64,000 bases of DNA from Anthoceros angustus (Eukaryota > Plantae > Anthocerotophyta), in contig VJWM01000068.1 of NCBI GenBank assembly GCA_010909165.1, positions 806,001-870,000 of the forward strand. Reading direction: 5' to 3'. The translations under genes were made by a program, and so were the position numbers. The notes under the pieces were generated by a model that was not told the DNA's origin, made no database searches, and worked only from the letters and a program-made list of their open reading frames with translations. Positions 1-11,677 of the stretch are shown one piece after another; within the stretch, counting starts at the first letter, position 1, and the number at the start of each line of letters is the position of its first letter.

Positions 1-1575
1 CCCGCATTTGCCAAAGGCATGAATTAAACTCGTAGCCAGAGGGACGCTGTATTCTAGTCCACTCTCCACAATCTTTCGGTGGATGTGCAAGCAGACACCC
101 AAGGTTCCTGTGCTGCTGCAAGCCTCTAATGCGGACAGGAAGGTAGCCTCATCCAATGCCACGCCTTCGCCTTGCATTTGCCTGAAGATATGCAAAGCAT
201 TTTCTCCTTGGTCTTGCTGAGCATAGGCGCTAATCATGGCATTCCATGACACAACATCTCGCTGGGACAATCCATCAAAAACAAGTCGTGCATCCTTAAC
301 ACTACCACACTTGGCATACGTGCTGACCAAACAGCTGCCAACAAACATATATGATTCGTAGCCACGATGAGCTGCTTCCGCATGCAATTCCTTGCCCTTT
401 TGCAGAGCTTCGAGCTTGACATTTTGCTTGTCCACAACAGCACTTTCTTCATGGTCGGCGAGAGTGCCACATGCTTGTAAAGCACTAACCAAGGTCCTCG
501 CACTTGGCTTCATGCCCTCGGCTTGCATTCGCTTGTATATCTGGAAGGCTTTTGCTCCTTGATCCTGCTGAGCATATGCTGCCAGCATTGCATTCCACGA
601 CACTACATCACGCTGAGCCAGCATCTGAAACACTTGCTCAGCATCCTTAATGCTCCCACACCTTGCGTACATACTAACCAGTGCACTGCCAACAAAAACA
701 TCCTGCTCAAACCCCAGGCGAGCAGCTTCAGCATGTAACTCCTTCCCCTTCTGAAGCAACCCAACTTTGAGATGCGCTCTGTACACAACTGCACTTTCCT
801 CCTTTTCTGCAAGGATGCCACATGCTTGCAGAGCACTCACCAATGTGCGATCATCCGGCACAACTCCCTGCTCTCGCATTTCCGAGTAAAGCTGCAAAGC
901 CTGGCCTCCTTGGTCCTGCTGAGAGTACGCTGCAATCATGGCATTCCACGAGACTACATTGCGGTCAGACAAGCGTCTGAACACCAGCTCAGCATCCCGG
1001 ATACTCCCACACTTTGAGTACATACTGACCAACGAGCTGCCAACATGACTATCTGCCTCAAACCCATGCATCCGTGCATCAGCATGCACCCGCTTGCCCT
1101 GTTCAAGATCTTCCAATCTGCTGCATGCTTTGAGCACACCCACAAGAGTATACGTGTTGGGCTTCACACCATTCTGTTGCATCCGCTCGTACCATGTGAT
1201 AGCTTCTCGGCATTGCCCAGCTTTGGCATACCCTACGATGATGGCTGTCCAGGACAACACTGTTGGGGAAGACAAATCCTTAAAGACGGCAATACCATCT
1301 GCGAGGCTCCCACAGTTCACCAGCGTGGTTACCAACAGCTCGCCCAATTCTCTGTTCGAATCCAACCCATGCTTTGCCAGACGAGCTTGTACCTCCTTGG
1401 CATCATCAAGGCTCTTCTTTCGCATGCACAGCTGCAACAGGTGCTTGTAAATGCGCACGGGGGGCGCAGGGCCATGCTGGTCCATGTGGAGCACACTGTG
1501 TAGCCTCGTGCCAAGTTGTCCAGGCATCCCGACTTGCAGCTGAAAGTGCACCATGACCTCAATCGTCGAAGCCAT
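1..1575 (-). CDS. PLS-class pentatricopeptide repeat protein, 5' part (runs off the window start)
   Basis: A minus-strand frame from ATG 1575 (MASTIEVMVH...IYKHLLQLCMRKKSLDDAKEVQ) is still in frame at 181-240 (AMISAYAQQDQGENALHIFR) and 1-60 (LATSLIHAFGKCG). These are typical P/L/S motifs. It is missing from the ORF track because no stop falls inside the window. Spot-checked, not fully translated. Confidence 0.9.
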   Translation of the reverse strand, partial: MASTIEVMVHFQLQVGMPGQLGTRLHSVLHMDQHGPAPPVRIYKHLLQLCMRKKSLDDAKEVQARLAKHGLDSNRELGELLVTTLVNCGSLADGIAVFKDLSSPTVLSWTAIIVGYAKAGQCREAITWYERMQQNGVKPNTYTLVGVLKACSRLEDLEQGKRVHADARMHGFEADSHVGSSLVSMYSKCGSIRDAELVFRRLSDRNVVSWNAMIAAYSQQDQGGQALQLYSEMREQGVVPDDRTLVSALQACGILAEKEESAVVYRAHLKVGLLQKGKELHAEAARLGFEQDVFVGSALVSMYARCGSIKDAEQVFQMLAQRDVVSWNAMLAAYAQQDQGAKAFQIYKRMQAEGMKPSARTLVSALQACGTLADHEESAVVDKQNVKLEALQKGKELHAEAAHRGYESYMFVGSCLVSTYAKCGSVKDARLVFDGLSQRDVVSWNAMISAYAQQDQGENALHIFRQMQGEGVALDEATFLSALEACSSTGTLGVCLHIHRKIVESGLEYSVPLATSLIHAFGKCG

Positions 1576-3205
1576 TCCATGATAGTGTAGATCACCCGCC
1601 CCCTGCACCTTCACTCCCCATACGTTGTTGTAATCTCAGAGCTCTGACCGCGAGTCTGGTATATCGTCCCAGCCTCAGGCTGAGAGAGCAGGAGTCGGAC
1701 GTGGTGTCTGCCTTGGTGCTGTGCTGTGAAGAGCAGAGCCGTGCAGTGGATTGGAGCGGGTGCCTGGAGCCCGGCCTTTGCCCTCGCTCTTCTCCTTGCC
1801 AAAAGCGGCAGCATCTTCTTGCACCGCTCTTCCCGCCCCCGCCTCGTGCTCCATCCCGGTCCCCGCCTCCGGCTCTCCGCGGGAAATGCCTCTAGTCGAA
1901 TCTGGATTTTCCGGCTTTCTTTAAGCTCTCATCTCTGCTCTTCTGCATGCCTCTGTTCCTGCCGCTCCCGCCATATTGCTTCTCCATTATGATATCCAAT
2001 CTGCCTCCACCTCCGCCTCTCCCCCGCCGCTCAGCTGCCTCCTGCAAATCTGCCCGTCTTCCTCCGCCTCTTCCTCTTGATTGCTGGCACCAGCACCAGC
2101 GTGCTGAGGACTCCCGGTAAGACGGTTTGCCAGGCAACACAATTTAGTTGAACAATTTAGAAACACATGAACATCCTTAGGACATGTCACTTATGCCACC
2201 GGCCATTACTCAAAAATCCCGGGCACGAAAAGCAAACCTGTAGTCTTGCAGCTAGGGACATTACAGCACTACTGTGACCCCACTGCAGGAGGAATGTGAC
2301 ATTATTTTAGGTGTGGACGCACCAAGGCAAGCTACATCTCCTCGTAGATGCTACATACCCTTTTCCTCATGCTCTCAAGCCTCCTCGTCGACATCCACAC
2401 CAAAGGCCACCACCACCTTTCTTAACAATCTCCTCTTGCTCTAGGCTTCATGGTCATGGATTCATGCTGTATTTCTACAGTGTTACCTGGTCTCACCTGG
2501 TGTGTGTTGAATGGAGTCTCACTCACTCCATTGTTTACTTGGGACAGATGCAAGCTCATATAGAGAACGATCTGTCTCCGTGAATGCCCACCCTACAACG
2601 ACCATCTTACAATAGGAAGGAACGCCCAACAAGCACAGCACAAGATGACGCACATCACAGCGGAAACCCGAATGAATCCGAACAATATACATACCTATGT
2701 ACATGGATGTGAAACTTGGGCATCAAGGGGAATATGATGTACCACTATGCTGACCAGATCTTTTGGAAACGTGGTGAGGGGAATCATCAGTGGAGTACGT
2801 TGCATGGACGTGTCTTCATCCTCGCTGCCCATCAGTGGAAGAGTAGGTTGTTTGGCCCACCCAGCGTGGGTCCGTGATGTCTGCAAGGGCGTAGGCTGTA
2901 GACTCCGTACTCGAGACAGAGGAAATCAGAACACCAATCGTGTTTCACTTCAAAATTGCAAAGTACCACCGTTATCCTCTTGGAGCTCGCATCGCCACGC
3001 ATGTGCGCTTAACAATCGGCAGTTTCAACCCTTGAGCTGATCCCGACGATTCGTCAGCGTGAGTCTTACCAAGTACTGAACGAGCTATCTACTACCTACA
3101 AGAACCCCATTTGGGTTGTTCTCCGGACGCGAGGAAATTATGATAGAACGCAGTACATACCTACCTTCCCATCGAGAATTGCGCTGTAACGGGCAGTGTG
3201 GGCAG

Positions 3206-4955
3206 TCACGATGATTTTGCTCGTTCTTGAACTTGCTTCAGCAACTCAGCTGCCTTGACTTGGGCTTCTTTTACCAGGGGCTTGGAGGCTTCATAGGCCT
3301 TGGCTGCAGCGGGCTTGGCCGCCTCCCATGTTTTCACAACATAAGGCTGAGCCTCTCGGGCTTTCTCTACAGTTGTTTTATATGCCTGAAGATGCACCAT
3401 CAAACTGTCATGGGTGGGAAAGGCCTGCCACGCTGAGATGTGGTCGGCAAGGATTAAAAGGTTTCGGAACAAGGGCAAATGGTACGTTACCTTCTCAGAG
3501 ATGGGCTTGGCCTTGGAATACAGCCCGTCAACCACTGGTACGGCCTTTTCGACCAGGTCATCGACAGTCTGCAGGTAGGAAAATCGTACATGTTCAGCTG
3601 TTCGAGTGGTTGTAATGGACTATGGCGAACCCTGACCATTGGTGCAACAGGATGCTCACCTTTTCTGCTTGCTTCCAAGCGCTTTCTGGCACAACAAAAA
3701 GAGCAGCCCCGAATCCCCCGGCAGCTGCCAACAGCAGTAGCTGGGACAGAAAGAGTGGCAATGCACCATGCGTCTTGACCCGGCCAGCAGGTTGGCTGTC
3801 GACCCGAACTTCCTCCTGCCTCTTGTCAGCTTCAATTTTGGCAGCTTCAATCTTGTCAGCTTCAATCTTGGCAGCTTCAATCTTCTCAGCTTCAACCTTC
3901 TGAGCTTGAACCTTCTGAGCTTCCTGCTCCTGGCATTACAGGATTCTCGAGCCTTAGGACCACAAAATGAGTGAAAGCAAGGCAGATCCCACCCCCAGGA
4001 AGCCACCGCACGAAGCCTGTAGGCAGCTCTTACTTTTTCCGCTTCAGCCTTCCTAGCGGCCTCAGCTGCGGCCTTCTCTTGCGCTGCCTTCTCCCGTTCC
4101 TGAATGGCCCTCTGCTCCGCAGCTTCCCTCTCTTGCCTTGCTTTCTCTGCCGCGTCCTTTATCTGTTGCAGTTTCTGGAGAGCCCAGCGTCGCAGCACTG
4201 CTTGTTCAGAAGGCTCAATCCGAAGGCCAAGAGATGCGAAACCAGCAGACATCCGCAAAGAGAGAACTGACCGAAACCACCGGAGCCGGTGGCACCACAT
4301 CCGCTGCGTCGGAGACTTGACCTTGCTCATTCCGCTCCTGCTTGTTTCAGTGCACACAGGAAGGCGTAACAACACCAAGTCAGAAAGAACTCCCGAATGC
4401 ATCACCCGTGCGCAGATTCGACAGGGAAGGGAACATTCGGTGAACCTTGATCTTGGTGAGCAGCTCCTGGTACCTCGAGACATCAACCTCCCCCACCACA
4501 GCCCAGTCGGCGGCCTGTACTGCAGGCTGACCGCTCCCTGCAAGGGTAGGAAAGGACCGCTCACCGAGCAAGGTACAACGACACCACCCACCGAATTCCT
4601 CCCTCCCTCCCTCCGATCACACTCCCCAGAATCCACAAACCCGTATCCCCAACCACGGAGCAAACACGAACCCAAGAATTGTATCAACACAATGCAGAAG
4701 CGCAGCAGCAACAAGCAACCCACCCACGACGGCAGCAGCCAGCAACGGCATGAGCAGCTTGGCGGCCACCCCCTTGACATCGCATTGGCCAGCACCCGCT
4801 CCAGCAGCCGGCTGCGGCGGCAGGCAGCACAGCACTACTCTGCTGCTCCTGGCCGGCCGACCGGCCCCGCCCCCGCCCCCGCTTCCAGCCAGAGCCGGGT
4901 ATCGCAGCGCCGGGGAGAGGGAGATCCCGGCCATTGCTGCCACAGACCCCGTCAT
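3206..4955 (-). CDS. Uncharacterised plastid protein, 7 exons: transit peptide, thylakoid signal peptide, Ala/Glu/Lys coiled coil, one TM helix, C-terminal 11-mer repeats
   Basis: GT-AG exons join in frame: M(T..)AGISLSPALR...KLLMPLLAAAVVG|SGQPAVQAADW...LLTKIK|ERNEQ...PVVS|KLQQIKD...AEAEK|EQEAQK...GALPLFLSQLLLLAAAGGFGAALFVV...AEK|TVDDLVEK...SEK|AYKTT...RAKSS*. Start is ATG 4955 or 4934. Confidence 0.8.
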
Positions 4956-5524
4956 CTCCAGCAGCCCAGCCCGGCACAGCCCACAACCCAATCCCCTCCG
5001 CAAATGCAAGCCACTGGGTGTCACAGGCGCGGGCGGGGGCTGGATGTCACCACCACGACCGCATTCAATGGCACCGAGATCGCAGACCGGAGAGCGCGGA
5101 GAGAGACGGAGTCCGTTGCTGCTGATGAGAATTCCCTTCCCCTCAAGCACCCGCGTCCGGAGCGATTCACGGCCCGGGGCCCAACCCAGGTGCCTCGGAA
5201 GCGAGCAGCGAGCTCTGACAAGCGCGGCGAGCCACCAGGTGACGAGGAGCAAGCAGAAGACCAAAGTGGGCCAGATGGCCACATCCGGAGCGCCACCCAA
5301 TCCAGAACGGATGCCGCAACGCCCTCCGTTCCTCCGTAACGGGCTCCCCTTCCTCCACAAATCCAATCCTGACGCCTCAGTAGGCGTAAGGTTATAAGGC
5401 ATTAAACCCCCGTAAAACCCTGCCTGCGACTAGGGTTCTGCGACGCACGCGCGGGCTTCTGCGTTTCTGTGGGGCGGAATTGCCATGGTCTGCGCCCGAT
5501 GCGGGTTTACTCGTGATTAGGGAG

Positions 5525-6571
5525 ATGGCGGAGGGAGATGGTCCGCAGGAGCAGCAGCGGGAGCGGGAGCGGGAGCGGGAGCGAGAGCAGGCGGTAGCGC
5601 TGGTTTCCAGGCCGGCCGCGTGGGGGCTGGCCTCCGGCTGCCCCGACTGCCTGGAGGCCTTGCTGCATCTCAAGCTGGCGGATGTGGCCTTCGCGGTGCG
5701 CTACACGGCGGTGCAGCCGGACGCGGAGGAGGTGCCCTACGTGGAGTACAAGGATGATGTGGGGTTCGCCAACGAGACCGGCGGGGTCGAGGATTTCCTG
5801 CGCGCCGCCGACGTGTGCGATCTGGACGCGGGGTTGGCGGATGCGGAGCGCTCGGATTTGCTGGCGTTCAAGGGGATGGTGCATTCGAGTCTGGCGGACG
5901 CGGCGGCTTACGAGCTGTGGTTGAAGCAGAACGAGAGGGCGGCGGGTGACGTTTACTTCGCGGCTTTGCCCTGGCCCGTGAACAAGGCGCTGTACTGGAA
6001 GCAGCAGAGGGCGGTGCTGGGCCGGTTAGGGTGCAAGAGCGGGGAGGCCAGCTCGGAGGCGGTTGGGGATCTGTACAGGAAGGCGGAGGCTGCGTACGAG
6101 TCGCTGGCTGTGCGGTTGCGGAGCCAGAGGTTCTTCTTTAACGACAGGCCGACCAGTCTGGATGCGGCGCTGCTCGCGCACCTGTTGTTTGTGCTCAAGG
6201 CGCCGTTCGAGGCGTCCCGGCTGAAGGAGGAAATTCAAAAGCACAGCAATCTTGTGCAGTATGCTGAGAACTTGGGGCAGTATGGGGTCGCTGACAATGT
6301 GACTGCTGCCGCACCGAGCTTCTTCTTCAACACCGCCTCCCGCTCTTCCGGCTCGCAAGGAAAGCCTGCCAGGCGGTCTGCTGCATCGCCGAGCACAAGT
6401 AGTGCCGCGCAGGACCAGGTTCCTAAGAAGAGGAATGAGAAGGACAAGGTGTTTCGGAAACGAGCCAAGTACTTCATTGTAGCTCAGTTCCTGTCTATTG
6501 CTTTCTACGTGGCCCTTGTGGGCATCGATTTTGGGGAAGGCATGGACGATGTTTCAGGGGATGAGGATTGA
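5525..6571 (+). CDS. MTX1: Metaxin (mitochondrial outer-membrane import protein), single exon
   Basis: ALVSRPAAWGLASGCPDCL...PDAEEVPYVE...GG at the N-terminus, FFFNDRPTSLDA in the GST-like domain, and KVFRKRAKYFIVAQFLSIAFYV TM anchor with an acidic tail match plant metaxin. Confidence 0.92.
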   Translation: MAEGDGPQEQQREREREREREQAVALVSRPAAWGLASGCPDCLEALLHLKLADVAFAVRYTAVQPDAEEVPYVEYKDDVGFANETGGVEDFLRAADVCDLDAGLADAERSDLLAFKGMVHSSLADAAAYELWLKQNERAAGDVYFAALPWPVNKALYWKQQRAVLGRLGCKSGEASSEAVGDLYRKAEAAYESLAVRLRSQRFFFNDRPTSLDAALLAHLLFVLKAPFEASRLKEEIQKHSNLVQYAENLGQYGVADNVTAAAPSFFFNTASRSSGSQGKPARRSAASPSTSSAAQDQVPKKRNEKDKVFRKRAKYFIVAQFLSIAFYVALVGIDFGEGMDDVSGDED

Positions 6572-6903
6572 TGATGGACCTGCAGGAAAAAGCATCTTCC
6601 GAATGCATCCGTCTAGCCAGAGACTTTCGTCGGCGGCAACATTCACATTTTTCTTTCATTGTGGCACGAAGTGGCAGTGGTCCTTGCACGGGCGCTACAT
6701 GGTAGTGGAGGCCTCTAGGTAATGCTAGACTCCTGAACCGTCGCTTGGAACAGCTGCTGCCCGATGGTGCCCCATCGACGGTGAATGCAGCTAAGTGATG
6801 ACGTTTTATTACTCTGCACCAAAACTTCGCAATGCACACAATGCAGCGCACTGAAAATAATTAATTAAATAACTGGTGGGTAGGTGATGATATCTCTTCA
6901 CAT

Positions 6904-9900
6904 CTAGGTCAGTGTGCTCCCTCCATCTGCATCGCGGGCTATCTTGATGAACACATCCTCTAAGGTGGTGTCAGAGATACCCCACGCCTGTATGGTGAGC
7001 CTAGTCTTTGCCTCACTTATGGCCTCAAAAACGTCGGCAATGCGCACTTCTTCTTTAGGGATCTCGAACTTCTGAGTGCCTGCCAGGCCATACACCTTCT
7101 TGGCTTTGGCTGAGAGGGAAGTTACCAGCTTTTCCACCTGCTGTTCTTCTTCGGCTGGAGTGGTCACAGTCAAAACGTAGACTCCTCCATATCTTGAGGT
7201 AAGCTGTAGAAAGCACGACAGAAACGGGTTGAATCACACTACGTAGAGGACAAGCCTTCGACTTTGGCAGAATCCAAAACGGCAGGTGCACACCTCTTTT
7301 GCATTTCCTATGCATTGCAGCTGGCCCCCAACAAAGATGCCCAGACGATCGCAAAGAACTTCTGCCTCTTCCATGGAGTGAGCTGCAGATATCGTACGCA
7401 AGCAGAGACAGTAGTAGGGAATGAGACTTGAGGCATTTCAACACATTTCAGTCGAAAAGTGCAGCAGAGGTTGAGAAAGAATACTTGTAAGGATAATGGC
7501 ACGGTTTCGCTTTGCCTCTTTGATAACGTTCCAAAGGTTGTATCTCGAGGCAGGATCTAGCCCCGTGCTGGGCTCGTCCATGTACACCACCTGAAAAACA
7601 TAAAACATCAGCTTTCCTTCACCCATATGATCAAGGACCTAGTTGGTGGCAACCATGAGGCCAGGAATTTTTACTTGGGGATCTCCTATCAGTGAGATGG
7701 CAACGCTGAGGCGACGCTTCATTCCACCACTGTATTTGCCTGCTGGCTTGTTAGCCACATTCTGGAGATTCACGCTCCTTAAGGAGTCTTCTATGGCCTG
7801 TAGGAAACACACACACACTTTTATGTAACGCACCAGTGACGTGCATGCCGCAAAAAGAATCGGGGACATGGCAGGAAACTTACAGTTATAAGCTCTTGCC
7901 CCTTGAGATTCTTGAGCCTCCCGTAGAAAGCAAGATGCTCAGCTCCAGTAAGTTGGTCCCAGATCAAGCTGTATATCAAACACGACAAAAAGCAGTTTCA
8001 GGCATCTCAATGACAAGAAGCTTCATATCTATCTTCTGGCCAAGGCGGAAAGAAAATCGGTCTGTCAAGCTTGACGTACTCGTGCTGCGGACACACGCCC
8101 ATATGGCTGTAGATTTCATCTACGCTCTCGCGTATGTCAAGCCCTTGAATGTAAGCCGTTCCTGACGTGGGCTTCAAAAATCCAATCATCTGACAAAAAC
8201 CGAACACGCCCACGATATCTTAGAATGCGAATTACCTTACCAAGGCAGGCAGAATTGTGTGAACGACTCAAAGTCCCAACAACAGGATTACCATGTTAAT
8301 ACTAGAAGTCTTGCCGGCACCATTTGGGCCCAATAAGCCGAAGCATTCGCCGGCGGGAACAGCCAGAGAGAAACCCCGCACAGCATACTTGTCTGGATTT
8401 CCATCCTGTCCTTTGTACACCTTCTTCAGATTGTCACAGACGATGGAATACGAGTCCAATGATGAATCCTTGATCTTCTCAACAAGGGCTCTCTGTGGAA
8501 GCATTGAAGATATGAAACGTCTGCAAAGGGGAAGCAGGATTGATCAAAGTAAGCAACAGACTCTCGAGCTAACCTCCTCCGCAACGTCTGGTCTCTCCAT
8601 CTCAACATCGACTTGAGAGCCTGATTTCCTTGAGCTTGACCTCCCTGATAAGGATTTGGTTGAAGTGACGGCACCTTGCTTCTTTTTCCCATAACCCAAG
8701 AAGAAAAGAGGATGCTTCTTCACACCACTTCCAGAGGCCACCACCTGGTCAAGATATAAAGCCAGAAGGAGAAACAGTACCCACTCCACAGTGAGGATCC
8801 CAAACACTCCTCGTAACCCGTTTTTCGAATCGTGCAAGTCTTTCCAGCTCATCCCTCTTGTTCCCTGATAGTTCCCGATAAAAGCATACTCTGCAAACTC
8901 GTACAACCCTCGGTACAGACTGAAACTGGGCAGCAACTGGAGAACAAAGACAAATGCACCTGTACCTCCCAAGCAGCACCCGTGTTTCAGTTTCCGGAGG
9001 TTGAGCAGAGCAACATCAACGACAACCACAGTCTAGAACATGGACGAGGGTGCGCGACAGAAACGTACGGCTGGTGTGCTCGTCCTCGAGGAAGAAAGAG
9101 TAAAGAAATTGTCCCAGAAGACCGAAGCCGAAGACGTAGAGATATCCGGCGACTGGAACAACCAACAATGCTCGTTAGAGCAAGCTGCCAAATAAAATAC
9201 TAAGCAACAAGCAGGCTCCATTGTGGAGACCAGACAGGAGGGAGAAGCTGCTGACCTGTGGCAGTCCTAACATTGGAAAATAATGTCGAAGCTATAAAGG
9301 ACAGAGCAATTTGAAAGTTTGCAAAGACGAAGTAGAAAAGGATCTGAATCACATAGTTGTTCAAACGGAAAAATTTGAGACCTGCGAAGAAGAGATTGCA
9401 GGGGTCCATACGTGATCAGGTGCAGGTGTGACTGAGCAGGACAACAGCAAAAGGAACATAAAAGACCTTTACCAATTATGGAGCCGAATATGATGAATAG
9501 TAGCAGATATGTGATGGATACAAGGAGGAAGTACCCATAACTAATGAGCCAATACGCGGAATCTCCCAGGCCGTGCATTTTCATCATAATGCGGAGGTTC
9601 CTCTGCTTCTCATACACCAAGGCTCCAAGGAACACCTGAAGCCAAAACAAAGTCACAAAGATGACTTTGTCGTGCACCAAGTGCATGGCCACTTGTTGCA
9701 GCAGGAGGTGCGACTTACAGGGAACAGGAGAGCCACGATCCACGTATAAAATAGAGGACCCAAGATGGATGCGAAGTCAAGCTCAAGTGAGGTTCTGGGC
9801 TTGGGCATCTCCTTAACAAAGAGCAGAGGCATTTGTGCATTTGAGCGGATGAGGCGCAAGAAAGCCTGAGCCACCTGACATTTGACATTCACATGTGGAT

Positions 9901-11677
9901 GTGTAAAGCATGCGCCACACTGCTTGTACAATGGAAGCCAGATCAGAACTTCTGTGGGCAAAGGGCTGTACCATGTTCATGGAACGAGGAGTTCGGACCA
10001 TGGCAGGTGGTGCTTGACCAGTGTCATTGCTGTATGTCTTGTTGTACCATATGTTGACAGCCAGGTTCGTCAGTGTCGAGCCTGTAAAGTCATATGCTGC
10101 ATAACATACAGACAAGAGTGACACTCTGCAACAGTGCTCCCAGCACCTCAGATCAGCTAACTTCGAATATGACCATAAGCAACCACTCGGAGAGTTGGGC
10201 TCACCAACAGATATCTCCCGGGGTTTGTTATCTGGGTTTCCCTTCCGGTACCCAGTGTACAGATCGTTATTGATGGTGGCATCACTATCAAGCCGCAGTA
10301 TTTGAGTCTCCGCACACTGAAATGAAACTGCAAGGAGACACGCACTGCCACTCACATCGGCACGGACAGTTTCTGCTTCCAAAATTTCAGCGGCAGGAAA
10401 ACAGTGCTTGCTAACAACACATTTCACCAAACACCACACACTCCAGATATGGGCATGTCCGTAAAGAAGAAGGAGCCAACCTTCCTCAGGCAAGGTAGGT
10501 GCGTTGAAGGTCAAAACGGGCTCCCGAATTCCTGTGCAATTCGGTTGCAAGATGTACAGGGGATTCCCGCCAACAAACGCAGGTTCAATGAAATCACTTG
10601 CCCACGTGTATGTTCCAGTTCCCTACAACAGGAGAATCTTTGAGTCACAGCACCAATCTGAACTCCTTTGAATTACAGCATATCAGGTCCAAACATACGT
10701 TAGTACATAGTATCCTCCAAGCTGTGACTAACAAGCTCTCGAAAATCCCTCCTACGAACATTCCAGGCGGATGTACTTACAGGGACTAACAGCGATAAAG
10801 CCAGCTGAGTATCATTCAACGTAGCGCTTGGCAAACTCCGGTAGCTCACCAGCAGATTGTCAGCCAGCCCTGCCATTGTACAACAGGAGCGCAGCCGGGT
10901 GAACATCTTTCTTACAACAACATTTCAGCAACAAAAAGGAGAGCAGAACTAAGTACGTAACCGGACAGCAGCTAAACTAAGCTCAGCCTTCAGGCAAGGG
11001 TGCCGCACACACTTACTATCAGCTATCGACGTGTCTCCGCCATTACCACCAGTGTAGAGGAACGTGAGCGGGCAGGCCCCAGAGTCTGAACAAGACCCCG
11101 TCGGCCCGTTCTTCTGCGCGAAGTCTGCTCGATACATTCTATCCGGAGCCTGCAAGAACGCGGGCCACTCAACCGGACTCGGCACCGCGCACCTTCCCGC
11201 CTGCGTCTGATCCGAGTACTCCAGCCCCTCCTGCCCGGTCACCGGGTCCTTTCCACATTTGTACTTACTGCCACCGAACACGGCGTTCCCGGCTTCCTGG
11301 ATGGCAAACAGAATGAGCACCAGGATGATCGGGACGCACAGCAGGCACGAGTTCGTGGCCCAATTCCGCTTCTGCAATTCCCACTCACAGCATCAGAACG
11401 GATCCGCATCCACACCCGAATTGGAACATCTCAACATTCATCCAAACTATCCATTCTGCACCTAAACCACGCACATTCCCGACAAAACACTGCGGGAACG
11501 AAATTCCGCACCATTACCGACCTGATACACCACATTCTTCCGCAACAATGCATTGGCTTGAGTACCGAAGGCAGTCCGACCCCTGTTCGGGAGCCGGGGC
11601 TGCGCGTTCTCCTCATCCTCCGCGCTGTTGAGAGGCCGTTCAGGAGTGCGAACGCTTGGCGGGGCGGGGGAGGCCAT
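6904..11677 (-). CDS. ABCA: ABC transporter subfamily A, half-size plant ATH type, multi-exon
   Basis: QANALLRKNVVYQ|KRNW start; LVYEKQRNLRIMMKMHGL; Walker A GPNGAGKTS; MGVCPQH; signature YSGGMKRRLSVAISLIGDP; VYMDEPSTGLDP; C-terminal WGISDTTLEDVFIKIA. Confidence 0.95.

Noticed and set aside
1680-2200. Glu/Gly-rich short ORFs upstream of the first PPR
   Set aside because: Stops interrupt the frames and there is no recognisable domain or clear splice path. Probably leader or promoter DNA.
3656-5402. Long ORFs of 379, 411, 261 and 215 aa
   Set aside because: These are GC-rich shadow frames or read-through of introns over the 7-exon thylakoid gene and its promoter.
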